DNA of 64,000 nt from a virus, in IMG/VR virus record IMGVR_UViG_3300009034_000018, positions 1 to 64,000 of that record; one strand, 5' to 3'. How positions within the stretch are numbered: the first letter of the stretch is position 1; every line of letters starts with the position of its first letter. Under the pieces are notes generated by a model. It worked only from the letters and a program-made list of their open reading frames with translations. It did no database searches and had not been told where the DNA came from. Positions 19,801-27,722 of this stretch are shown one piece after another. Made by a program: the position numbers and the translations under genes.

Positions 19801-20744
19801 GATTTCTTGTTTTTTTCTTCATCTAACCCGAAGCAAAAGCATAATGATTTACTTCCGTTTATATATCCTTCTGCTGTATAAACGCCAAGGATATAAGCAA
19901 TATCATCGTCTATGTCATTTTCAGCGTTTTCTGATTGACAAATATATTCTAATACAAAATCCCCCGGTTTCACCGAATTAGCAGGCACAAAAACTGGATC
20001 AATTTTTTCTATATCTTTTACGGATTTTCTATATTTTTTTCCATTTTTACAATAATGATATAAATCTTCATGTTTTAATATCAAAACTGGATGTTCATAA
20101 CTTAAAGCTAATCCATCCATATTACTCATCCATTGTATCAAATAAAGCTCATCATGTTCTTGTGTTTTACATATAATTTCTATTTTTTCTGTTTTTCCTG
20201 TATGGGTTATTACCTTATCATTTTTTTGTAATTCATCTACTCTTTTTAATGAATGGTCCGACATAGATACTAAATCATGTCCACGAGAAGCTCCCATCGA
20301 GGTTCCCAAAATATATTTTTCTTCAATTCCTCTTGCCAATGGTGGATATGCCACCCTATCTATCATAGAGATGATCCAAATGCCCCCTGCCTCTTTATCG
20401 TACCACGAATGAACACATTTTCCCTTAGCTTTTTCAACATCATCATTTTGATGATTAGTAAACACAGGAACATTAACAAATGTTTCTGCTGCTTTTGATA
20501 GTTCTTCTCCTGAAAACGCATCTCCGTTATCATTAACTTCATCTTCTTCAATGGCAAAGATTTTAATGAACAGGTGATCTGGATGTTCTTTAATTTCTTT
20601 ATCTAAGTCAAATCCATTTAAATCAGTAGTGTTCTTGTTAACAGATGCGAATTTAAGTCTGTTTAAATTATATTCATACCAATCTGGTTTATTCAGAGGT
20701 TGTATGTTTTTTATAATAAAATTCTCTCTTATTTTTTTTATCAT
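13857..20744 (-). CDS. Prohead protease / giant scaffold polyprotein with intein
   Basis: N-terminal NDNGDAF..FTNHQNDD..GTSMG protease-like region; intein; CxxC modules; ITEKQ repeats; long acidic low-complexity C-terminus; located upstream of decoration protein and MCP. Confidence 0.8.
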   Translation of the reverse strand: MIKKIRENFIIKNIQPLNKPDWYEYNLNRLKFASVNKNTTDLNGFDLDKEIKEHPDHLFIKIFAIEEDEVNDNGDAFSGEELSKAAETFVNVPVFTNHQNDDVEKAKGKCVHSWYDKEAGGIWIISMIDRVAYPPLARGIEEKYILGTSMGASRGHDLVSMSDHSLKRVDELQKNDKVITHTGKTEKIEIICKTQEHDELYLIQWMSNMDGLALSYEHPVLILKHEDLYHYCKNGKKYRKSVKDIEKIDPVFVPANSVKPGDFVLEYICQSENAENDIDDDIAYILGVYTAEGYINGSKSLCFCFGLDEEKNKKSNFNKLKTILQKKYPKNRLRIDRKPERNGLYLISWNSNLAKICEKYVGCGSHSKRINNKILSLPKQQKKIFLAAYVDGDGCIINPSNDSSGKGAVQISSASKNLLSDTRKICLQLGVPAVLSRHDRIAKSSTVMKEDFEYTEYQLYINNSISPKIKEYSYKVFNGPKIRKSIFISFPYRTYMAHRIKNIKVIKNNEPTYYVQVGKINNKESDHSYILNGIATHNCSVEYSICSYCHNKAHVADEYCSCIKERKNKKISGTIECKYHDSPSKPKDDCPLCGKKADESKTIKHSETRIFEWNYGIKFIEDSFVVNQACQNCIVHDILNPSGMNRKMAEIHDKIGNLIKAASCDGSCSIEKIAGSKELEYLSEVMNKIETVAKSMMSQKKQISMTYVSDLVDVLASVQSVADELTEMGYGQLPSPDTTGVEDVELPKTSEELEKIEETTAGGVPQQIPPMGRQQPQQISPGVETEQIGDIGSITKPKFSGNMDINNIKKKEFLRIASNMIKRLEILQENLINTKNSDTTINKESIAMTNEKTGKDQNDNEKVANDQEHSVGVITEKQLDEAKFTGERQDGGPNVITEKQMENPERDVNVTTSESPQPRQDDPRKVITEKQFNNIKGTHVVRWNDFPHVITEKQWSEVSRWIGSELSNDQDNRITEKQLLDFMSHHQFPALGVITEKQLGAQTTDLSRWAYQYEADKLIKAATEAISDTIAYYGKTPQEIKKATSFIKKDTRNLDKTAFLMVVNAMPHKAEARANEKTRYTYLSKLASKPVETPDTVDALIVAMSDNLSDLSADDLIGAVDYIMSSEKLHKNIEKVASEKMATTPENKNELDKISALDEALKSMEKPEDGLYQVQASIDEINAESEDKQAIAVAAYKFANKKISEEVGDIETALINVDVDTDKKLVVATLKDSKLMTDEEKEAWNKARPYVEGKSNETNEKSASKKSDRDKMVREAQLLGGEMGGQAGAAQGPGAGATMPQPPAAGGQPPVESFEQSDLAGEFEDEGDLQPKPPGGACPVCGSEDVDVIKGNGHCNNCTADWNYKVLVEVPNWPGTLESNINDGQPAGQEELGEGGEGFEMPEVPEAGTAGTVPMPAAASTKNDRQIKEAAQENISGPVKFAAVTLIKPEMLNVIKEAKVQLGSISPLTGSTNTIKLDDNNYLCLDTGNVYTIEYAFRRRDPKKVYAQWTWIPEVNKECPECKESHKKFVAALKEMNVDEENFDAMGMKEKGELILSMKQAGLLKPMKTASAEKKERILDQIKTAVNLDNNFPMESCLERLSRRYGEEAIALSGPCEGSPLAECICKSLKKAGIYSNGLAVKVADVWKDKEASTECLEDYVRMGLDLKEATTVCESLKSKYASFNDIFAQQLVEEVESAFMEDEMGDGLVTDLEEDPFGDEFVEEDVEEDVEEPMEPEDEVVGIGGDEVAEALANLVKALGKEEEVAEELGEVPVDEEPVVDEEPVVDEEPVVDEVEEVGEEVVPEEPVDEVVDVEEETKECVSAPLSAEEGGEVKPEEGGEVKAEEGGEVEVNVEVEEDGKDKEKTEVEKCKEECERKCAEEEGKSKKEANSEENDNPGVMNPEETDEPVEKEGDESETDKETQTMAYSEKEASIMKASYVGKTGEVTHLDFSKLSGLINKEADTIKIQPAQDVVPFQYSKGDSIGDEDPFSADKPSAPSKGDAAKMGHEEPPTAEKANAPASDARMGGEKEEPEFKPELDDTATGGELGQGSSRAASTKARIGILADAILEAQTKVKRRFDQDAEDIKPYSGDSFIGDEKASIGEVPAAKPAKDQKVPADEAFVGNEKESIGDKPDEKDTPNIPTKDDRISGEKDNEKLKPEKDDEMTGNILGGIHAGSEEQKKEATRLAGRMLEAGKITVDELSNKIAELESYKTEQLKDIESNIFESDKGLKDSPDGVEQSVIISEASNQPVQNDPQQELVDKLTAMFSLDRKNQMAQKDNDIQLRREFGR
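15361..15423. repeat. 18-bp tandem repeat (3.5 copies) encoding EEPVVD
   Basis: tcatcaactactggttct x3 plus a partial copy. Confidence 0.9.
19131..20291 (-). mobile_element. Intein (387 aa) with LAGLIDADG homing endonuclease, Ala at position 1
   Basis: GTSMG|ASRGHDLVSMSD...VITHTG...SYEHP...LGVYTAEG...FLAAYVDGDG...GIATHN|CSVEYS. Confidence 0.9.
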
Positions 20745-20760
20745 AGTAAAATCACTTTCT

Positions 20761-21153
20761 TTAATTATTTTTCAGACGATAGGAAGTTAATGGTATTCCA
20801 TTTTTCTTTAAATATTCTTTAATCCATCCCACGTCAGTTTGTAGTTTTACAATACAAGAATTTATTCTTAATATTGTTTCGCGCAGTTCGTCTTTTGAAT
20901 GTGAGTCATTTTTGGCGTGTAAATTAACTAATGTAGACAAAGATTCGATTTTTTCCATTATAATTTTTGGTGAACCGTTTTTGTGATCTTTCTCAATTTT
21001 ATCCACTTTCAATTTTAATTGATCGAATTGTTCTGCCCTTCTTCCTTGTGCAAAAATCATACCACCTACTACTGTTATAGATGTTAAACAAACTGTTATA
21101 AGAATGAGGAAAAGCCTACTTTTGAATTGATTCTTTTTACTTGCCGGTGGCAT
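20761..21153 (-). CDS. Single-pass membrane protein with coiled coil
   Basis: Hydrophobic LFLILITVCLTSITVVGGMIFA; GGAG SD. Confidence 0.65.
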   Translation of the reverse strand: MPPASKKNQFKSRLFLILITVCLTSITVVGGMIFAQGRRAEQFDQLKLKVDKIEKDHKNGSPKIIMEKIESLSTLVNLHAKNDSHSKDELRETILRINSCIVKLQTDVGWIKEYLKKNGIPLTSYRLKNN

Positions 21154-21257
21154 TTTTATTCTCCAATTAAATATAAATTATTGAAAATTGTAGAGATACA
21201 CTTATACAATATGTAAATTGTAAAAATTGTTAAAAATCTCCTTCTTTATTTTTACTT

Positions 21258-21689
21258 TTAGCCTTTGACGTGTCTTGGGATATAGACATCAACTAGATCT
21301 AACTTCTGATAATTATGTTGATTTTGTGGATATGCAATTCCCCATCTTTTGGCTGCGTGGCTTAGAGCAGACGCGATATTAGAAAAATAGTCACCAGCGG
21401 GAGCATACACTTTTTTCCTTGCATAGCGAGGTGGCAATTTTTTTATACCGGAAAAAAAGGCTTTTTGTCCATATCTTTGTACTGCTGGACCTACAACAAT
21501 AAAATAATCACTGTCTGTTGTATAATCATGCCCTTCCCATCTGTGATATGAACCTGGTCCTATTTCTCTTTCAAATCTTTTTTTTAATGGTAGAGACTTT
21601 TTGCCATAGGCTTCTTTCCAGCGGATTCCTCTATCTCTTATTCTTCTTGGACCGCCAGATTCTTTTATATGTGCAAATTTCTTTTTCAT
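21258..21689 (-). CDS. Basic hypothetical protein (head module)
   Basis: 143-aa ORF abutting the portal stop. Confidence 0.75.
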   Translation of the reverse strand: MKKKFAHIKESGGPRRIRDRGIRWKEAYGKKSLPLKKRFEREIGPGSYHRWEGHDYTTDSDYFIVVGPAVQRYGQKAFFSGIKKLPPRYARKKVYAPAGDYFSNIASALSHAAKRWGIAYPQNQHNYQKLDLVDVYIPRHVKG

Positions 21690-21690
21690 T

Positions 21691-23997
21691 TTATGTACCT
21701 ATATAATACATATGCCCTAAATTGTCATCCATATTAGTTTTTTGAAATTTTATATCTTTACCTTCTATATTTTCAAATGTTAATATACTATTTGCTTGTT
21801 TTATCATTTCGTCATTTTCACCAGCATTTTTATATCTTGCAGTTATATCTTTAGTCGCTTCAACAACATTGCTATATATAATTTTCATTATTTCAGACAT
21901 CTGATTATTAATTGCATTTTCTTTAAATCTTAAGACTCTCCAACCAATATTTGCTAATTTTGCATCTCTTTGTTGATCTCTTATTTTAGATTCTACTTGT
22001 TCATGCCAAGCTTCGCCGTCACACTCAATCGCGACACCAATTGCTGGATAAGCAAAGTCCATCATAAATGGCATTGGCTGATTAGGTAACTGGACAGAAT
22101 ATTGACCAAATAATTTATGAGGAATTTTATCAGCCATTGTTTGTAGGGCATTTAGCATTTTTTGTTCTAATGATGTTAATCTTATTATTTTCGTTTGAGG
22201 TCGCATTTGTTCTCTTTGTTTCTCTGCTGACATTCCTTTACCGCGTTTATGGACAAATGCAGGCGGTTCAGAGACTGGCTGTGGTGCAGCAGCCATTGGG
22301 ATTGCTGGGGCTCCACCAACGCCTCCTGGAGCCATTTCTCCACCTATCCCACCTCCTGGTACCATTCCACCTCCTGGTATACCACCCATTGGTTCTCCTG
22401 GCATACCTCCACCTATAGGTGGCATCTCTATGCCACCTATGCCGCCTATGCCACCCATGCCGCCCATGGCACCCATGCCGCCCATGGCTCCTGGTTGTCC
22501 TAATATTTGCCCTGTTGCAGATGCCAAAGCAGATTCTTCTCTCAATCTTTGTGTTTCTTGATCATAATCCAAATCAAATTCTTCTAATAATGTTTGTGAA
22601 GAGATTAATCCTTTATCATGAAGTTGCATATAACTTTGTCTTTGTGGGGTCTTATCTCTAAGATTTAGATCATTCCACTTTAAATTAGGGTATAGCCATA
22701 TTTTTTCTTGTGCTTCTTCACTCTCTTCCTTATCAACAAAATCATGCATCATGGCTATTGGAAGGAATATATGATTTTCCACCCATGTTGCCAATTCATT
22801 TCTCCAACTTTCTAAACGTCTTATCATAACTTCTATGCCAACTTGGGCCGAACTATATCCGCTCATCTCACCATTTAATATAGCTTGATTGAGCATGAAT
22901 CCGTCTAATATTTCTTTACCTATTTGTTCTAGTTCAGAAGTTATATTGTGTATTTTTCCGGTGGCCCCTATCCAATCATACTCAAATGCATGGTGTGTTA
23001 CAAGCGTTAAATTAGGATCATTCGCTATAGCTGCTATTTGAGATGCAACATCTTGTATATCAGTTTGATTAGCTGGACGTTTTTCACTACCCAACTTAAT
23101 AACACGAATAGGAAGAATCAAACGTTCTGCAACGATCCAATTAGCTGTCATCAATTTAGTTTTATAAGCCAAATAAGTAAATAATCTTCTTATCATAGAT
23201 GTTCCATATGCTCCATATGGGCTACCTTGATATTTAATATGACTTATACACCTATTGGATAAAACGATAGGATGACCAGAAGCAATTGCATTAACAAGTT
23301 GCGGAGGTAATTTAGAAAATATTTCCTGTGGGCGTCTTGTAGATATAATTTCTTTTAATTCATCATCTGGTTCTAATGTAAATACAGGGTCATCTGCAAT
23401 CGGAGAACTATGTACTGTTATCCAATCTGGATTTAATATCTTTATTCCTTTAATAGTACCATCAGGATGTCTACATTGTTCTCCATCTGGTCTATATCCA
23501 GATCCACCACAAATTTTACATTCATACTCTACGAATGGAAACACATCGCCTAATAGATATCTTTCAAAACTTATTAACTTTAGCCAGTATTCTAATTTTA
23601 TTCTTTTAACTAATCGTTCATAGAACTTTAATATTTTTCTATCTTTGCATTCTAAAACAAATCCATTAAGTGGAAATTCAGAATAAAAATCTATGCCAGC
23701 AGATACTTTTGGTTCATTTTCATAATAGAATCTTGACCATTGATATATTTCTCTTCGTTTGCTTGCGATCTGCCAGTTTTGTGGAGTATGCAGTGGTGAA
23801 AAGAACATGGGTTGTGTATACATTACATTCGCCAAACCACCACTAAGTGTTTGTGCGCTTTTTGTCAATGGAGTGAATGAAGTTTGACTATTAGTATATC
23901 TTCCATCCGTTTGTTGAGGATTAGTCCCGACTTTTGATACGATAGAACGTGCCTTTTCTGCCGTATTTTTATCCGGTACAGAAAATTTTATTGTCAT
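21691..23997 (-). CDS. Portal protein with zinc-ribbon insert, Gly/Met/Pro-rich linker and C-terminal DUF559/Vsr-like nuclease domain
   Basis: RFYYENEPKVSAGIDFYSEFP, ILNPDWI, YGTSMIRR, PIRVIKLG, LKWNDLNLRD; tail MDFAYP..VAIECDGEAWH..DQQRDAKL..GWRVLRF. Confidence 0.8.
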   Translation of the reverse strand: MTIKFSVPDKNTAEKARSIVSKVGTNPQQTDGRYTNSQTSFTPLTKSAQTLSGGLANVMYTQPMFFSPLHTPQNWQIASKRREIYQWSRFYYENEPKVSAGIDFYSEFPLNGFVLECKDRKILKFYERLVKRIKLEYWLKLISFERYLLGDVFPFVEYECKICGGSGYRPDGEQCRHPDGTIKGIKILNPDWITVHSSPIADDPVFTLEPDDELKEIISTRRPQEIFSKLPPQLVNAIASGHPIVLSNRCISHIKYQGSPYGAYGTSMIRRLFTYLAYKTKLMTANWIVAERLILPIRVIKLGSEKRPANQTDIQDVASQIAAIANDPNLTLVTHHAFEYDWIGATGKIHNITSELEQIGKEILDGFMLNQAILNGEMSGYSSAQVGIEVMIRRLESWRNELATWVENHIFLPIAMMHDFVDKEESEEAQEKIWLYPNLKWNDLNLRDKTPQRQSYMQLHDKGLISSQTLLEEFDLDYDQETQRLREESALASATGQILGQPGAMGGMGAMGGMGGIGGIGGIEMPPIGGGMPGEPMGGIPGGGMVPGGGIGGEMAPGGVGGAPAIPMAAAPQPVSEPPAFVHKRGKGMSAEKQREQMRPQTKIIRLTSLEQKMLNALQTMADKIPHKLFGQYSVQLPNQPMPFMMDFAYPAIGVAIECDGEAWHEQVESKIRDQQRDAKLANIGWRVLRFKENAINNQMSEIMKIIYSNVVEATKDITARYKNAGENDEMIKQANSILTFENIEGKDIKFQKTNMDDNLGHMYYIGT

Positions 23998-24017
23998 ATT
24001 ACATATTCCTTAACCTG

Positions 24018-24479
24018 TTATTCTGGTCCACAAAATAAGGATTCTGCGCTATCTTGAATATCTTTTAATTTTTGCCATTTTTTACGTCTTCGCATATTAT
24101 CCATATTCTCTATATTTTCTTCGGCATTTGGATCACTCATCATTTCAAATTCTTCACTAAAACAAGGTTCAACGCCACAATCAGTAATTTTTGCAGGAAT
24201 TCTGTTCTTCCCTTTTTCTTTATATCTTTTAGAATATTTTTTACTATTGTATGAGTTAGAAAATAATGGTCTATTAACTACGATACGATTATCATCTACA
24301 TGCTTTCCGCGAGGATCTGGTGCGTTTTTGTATCCACATTTTTTGCCAGGAACATTACAATTTTTACAATATGGAATTTCACCGGAATCTAAATCTGGTG
24401 ATTCTAAAGTTGCTTTACAAATAGGACATATATATTGTATATAATAATTCTTGTGTGGATCTTTTCCATCTACATACAC
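24018..24479 (-). CDS. Zinc-ribbon hypothetical protein, probably expressed as a frameshift extension of 24545..25483
   Basis: CPIC..CKNC; frame is open upstream to the A10 tract at 24550-24559. Confidence 0.7.
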   Translation of the reverse strand: MYVDGKDPHKNYYIQYICPICKATLESPDLDSGEIPYCKNCNVPGKKCGYKNAPDPRGKHVDDNRIVVNRPLFSNSYNSKKYSKRYKEKGKNRIPAKITDCGVEPCFSEEFEMMSDPNAEENIENMDNMRRRKKWQKLKDIQDSAESLFCGPE

Positions 24480-24544
24480 ATCGAATGACGATCTTCGCTT
24501 CTTTCTATCAAATGGGCTTTTTAGAATTGGCAGATCAGCTTGTT

Positions 24545-25483
24545 TTATCTTTTTTTTTTAGTAGATGCCATTTTCCAATTAAATGGTTTGGTTTTATCGG
24601 CACTTTCATATGGAGAGTCATCGCTCGATCTTTGAGCAACCATTCTGGCCTCTAAAGATCTTTGTTCTGGAACATATGGGCGTCTACGTTGACCTGGTTT
24701 CAATTGATAATTATTCTTTTCAGGAGTCCACTTATCGACTTCGAAACGTTTTTGTACATATCCACCCACCCAATTACCATCTTTGTCACGGTATGGGCGA
24801 CTGTACTTGTCCATAATCGACCCGCGCCATATAGCTTCCCAATTAATATTCCAAAGATCATCAACGACAAGACCAAAACCCTTATTACGTTCTATAATGC
24901 TCCATTCTGACGCTGGTTGTCTTGTAAAGGGATCTACACTTTGCATTTGGCCGGGACCATATAATATTACATTTTCCATAGATTTATGTTGAGCGGTTTT
25001 TATCAAATTAAATGCATTGACCACTTTTGATTTTTTAGCATCTCGGCTGGCTAATGATTTAATTTCGCTATTAGATTCTTTTATAATATTATCTATATCA
25101 TGTGCATGCGTTAAAGGAAGATCCATAGTGCGCTCCTGTACATTTGTTTTATCCATTCTAATTATATCTGGTAATTTTGGCCAAATAGAAATAGCTATTT
25201 CTAACTTTTCCTCTTCTGTCAAAAGGCTTTCAAAATAATCCTCCATAGCAGAGGTAACAAATTCTTGATCATCATCTTTTACTAATTCCATCAATTTATT
25301 TTCAACTTCTCTCCTATCTTTCCCTTCTAAGATTTCTTGATCGATCCAATTTTTTAAGTCAGAAGCAGATGCAAACTGTAACTCTGATCTTGGGTCCATT
25401 TCTTCTACGACAAGTCCTTCTGCTGGTAATTCAGTTGGATTTTCTGGCAACAACGGAGCCTCATATAAATTTGTATATGGCAT
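24545..25483 (-). CDS. Hypothetical head-module protein
   Basis: AFNLIKTAQ motif; Trp-rich C-terminal domain; ends KKKR* on a poly-A tract. Confidence 0.8.
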   Translation of the reverse strand: MPYTNLYEAPLLPENPTELPAEGLVVEEMDPRSELQFASASDLKNWIDQEILEGKDRREVENKLMELVKDDDQEFVTSAMEDYFESLLTEEEKLEIAISIWPKLPDIIRMDKTNVQERTMDLPLTHAHDIDNIIKESNSEIKSLASRDAKKSKVVNAFNLIKTAQHKSMENVILYGPGQMQSVDPFTRQPASEWSIIERNKGFGLVVDDLWNINWEAIWRGSIMDKYSRPYRDKDGNWVGGYVQKRFEVDKWTPEKNNYQLKPGQRRRPYVPEQRSLEARMVAQRSSDDSPYESADKTKPFNWKMASTKKKR

Positions 25484-26154
25484 TATTTCTTCTCTACATT
25501 AGTAATATTATTAAATAAATTATCCAGTGTATTATTCCTTTTCGTTTGACCTCGAACATCTTTCCACGAATCATCTTTTTCCCCTGCAGCAGCATGAATT
25601 TTCTCGGTTACTAATTCACCATCAGTTTTTTCTGGAACACGAGAGAAATCTTTTTCTTTATCAAAAATACTAATATTATTTTTAGGTAGTTTACAATCAC
25701 CGAGACAGCTTTCTCTTTCTTGTATACTTTTTACTGTAGCATCTTTTCTATTATCTACTTCGTGTAGAGATTCAACCATTTGATCCATTCTATCTTGTTT
25801 AAAGGAGTTACGAAGACGATTTATTTTTTCTTTTGATTCTATTGTCTTTTCTTTGTTATCTTTAGATTCTTTTAATTTATTTAGAACATTTGTATCCCAA
25901 ATGCTATTATTTGTTTCAGATCCTAGTTGTTTTGATGGGCCACCGATATCTGTAATTTTTCCCTGACCAGCAGATAAAATAGCATTTCCGAAGCGTGATT
26001 TAACTGCTTCATTGTTATCAAGTTTCTTATGTGGTTTTATTTCTTTTTCAACTTCTTTGTTTGCTTCTTTTTGATTCTCTATTTTTTCTTCATTTGGCGT
26101 TATTGCCTCTTCTAAAAACTTGATTCTTTCCATATCTTGATTTTTTCCTATCAT
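25483..26154 (-). CDS. Hypothetical head-module protein
   Basis: 223-aa ORF with AGGAG SD, stop overlapping the next start. Confidence 0.75.
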   Translation of the reverse strand: MIGKNQDMERIKFLEEAITPNEEKIENQKEANKEVEKEIKPHKKLDNNEAVKSRFGNAILSAGQGKITDIGGPSKQLGSETNNSIWDTNVLNKLKESKDNKEKTIESKEKINRLRNSFKQDRMDQMVESLHEVDNRKDATVKSIQERESCLGDCKLPKNNISIFDKEKDFSRVPEKTDGELVTEKIHAAAGEKDDSWKDVRGQTKRNNTLDNLFNNITNVEKK

Positions 26155-26169
26155 TGTGCAATCTCCTAA

Positions 26170-26910
26170 TTACTCGGTATCGAGAAAAGCATTAATTATT
26201 TTTGCTTTTAATCCATCTTGTAATAATTCTGTAGTATCTTGTTTATTAAGAACCACCTTTCCAGCAGCTTCTATTAGTTTATCAATCATGTTTGCCTTAT
26301 TCTCTTTCAGCATTTCTTGCATCGTCATTGCTTCTCCCGTTCTCTTTCTATTTAATTTCTTTTTTTGTTTTTGTTCGCGACTTGGACCAAAAATTTCATC
26401 TAAATCATCTGCTTTCCCACTAAGTTCCTCACCATCTTGTTCAACCCCTCTTCCAGTTGTCGGTTGATAGATAAATTCTGCTATGATTTTCTTATCTTTT
26501 CTAGAAGCTTTATTTAACACAAGATTGAACTTAGATTGTATGTCTTCAATAATTTTAGACAAATCTTCATCTGATATTCGTTTTCTAGTTCCATAATATC
26601 TGTCTGGTAGCGTTACTGTTACCTCTTTAACTTCACCTGGAAAGAATTCTTCTTCAACAAAATTATCTGAGAATTCTTCTAGGCGTCTTGGCGGGTATCC
26701 GAAACCCTCAAGAAGACTAAAAATATATTCATAGAGATCTGGTTTGCCTTTTTGTCGCTTATCGGTTTCCGGTCTATCTGTATATATATCTTCTGTCGGC
26801 ATCGGATAATCGTTTTGCTGCCCTAATTCATGTATTCCCCATGTATCACCGATGCCAAGTGACGGTTGATTTTCCATAATACGTTTCTTTCCACTTGGAA
26901 GAATAGGCAT
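26170..26910 (-). CDS. Hypothetical head-module protein
   Basis: 246-aa ORF with AGGAG SD. Confidence 0.75.
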   Translation of the reverse strand: MPILPSGKKRIMENQPSLGIGDTWGIHELGQQNDYPMPTEDIYTDRPETDKRQKGKPDLYEYIFSLLEGFGYPPRRLEEFSDNFVEEEFFPGEVKEVTVTLPDRYYGTRKRISDEDLSKIIEDIQSKFNLVLNKASRKDKKIIAEFIYQPTTGRGVEQDGEELSGKADDLDEIFGPSREQKQKKKLNRKRTGEAMTMQEMLKENKANMIDKLIEAAGKVVLNKQDTTELLQDGLKAKIINAFLDTE

Positions 26911-26962
26911 ATTGAATCTCCTAAAGATGCTTATGTTATTAATAACCTATTTTTAATATAGA

Positions 26963-27595
26963 TTATTGTTCTGCAAGCATAGCATCCACATAATCTTCCG
27001 GAAATAACGTTGACCAGTATTTTCTAAGAAAATCTTTTGTTTTCGGATTTAGTTTCGCAATTCTAATAAATTTTGAATTTGCGCTTTTCTTTTTGCCTTT
27101 AGCAAGATCGCCACCATGTTCGGATTCACCAGTCTGGTGTAGTGGCTCAACATCCGTTTGTCCGCTAGTTTCGGCTTCTTTATTATCTGCTTTTCCGCCT
27201 TTTCCATCATCCTTCTTAGGCACATTAACCAATTTGCCCTCAGCTTCTGGTTGACCGCTACTTTCTGCTTCATCGGTTTTTGCAGTTTTTACTTCTTCTG
27301 TTTCGGTTTCAGCTTCTTTTTCTTCTTCTTTTTCTTCTTCTGCCGTTACTTCTTTTTCTTCTTCTTTTTCTTCTACTTCAGCGGTTTTTACTTCTTCTGT
27401 TTCGGTTTCAGCTTCTTTGTCTTTTTCTTCTTCTTTAACTTCTTCTTTAACTTCTTCAACTTCTTTTTCTTCTTTGACTTCTTCTACTTCAGCCGTTTTT
27501 ACAACCTCTTCTTTCTTTTTCAAAACATCCTTCACAAAATCGCTGAAGTTGACACTTTTCAAAGAAATCTTGTCTGTCTGTAATTTAACATCCAT
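26963..27595 (-). CDS. Acidic low-complexity protein (scaffold/internal head protein-like) with repeated VKTA motifs
   Basis: VKTAEVEE x2 plus VKTAKT; KEAETETEEVKTA duplicated; C-terminal FLRKYWSTLFPEDYVDAML. Confidence 0.75.
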   Translation of the reverse strand: MDVKLQTDKISLKSVNFSDFVKDVLKKKEEVVKTAEVEEVKEEKEVEEVKEEVKEEEKDKEAETETEEVKTAEVEEKEEEKEVTAEEEKEEEKEAETETEEVKTAKTDEAESSGQPEAEGKLVNVPKKDDGKGGKADNKEAETSGQTDVEPLHQTGESEHGGDLAKGKKKSANSKFIRIAKLNPKTKDFLRKYWSTLFPEDYVDAMLAEQ

Positions 27596-27722
27596 TCTTG
27601 TAACTCCTTATAATTAGTAAATATTACTTAATCTTAATTTTACTATAATTATTTTCCTAAAAATCCTTTATAATTATTTTCCTTTTTATAACTTGTATTT
27701 ATCTTATTTGTTGTAAATCACA

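Noticed and set aside
27630-27690. Further copies of the AAGG-N18 promoter upstream of 27595 (and of 21153)
   Set aside because: AAGG is present, but the downstream element does not match at 18-nt spacing, so they were not counted
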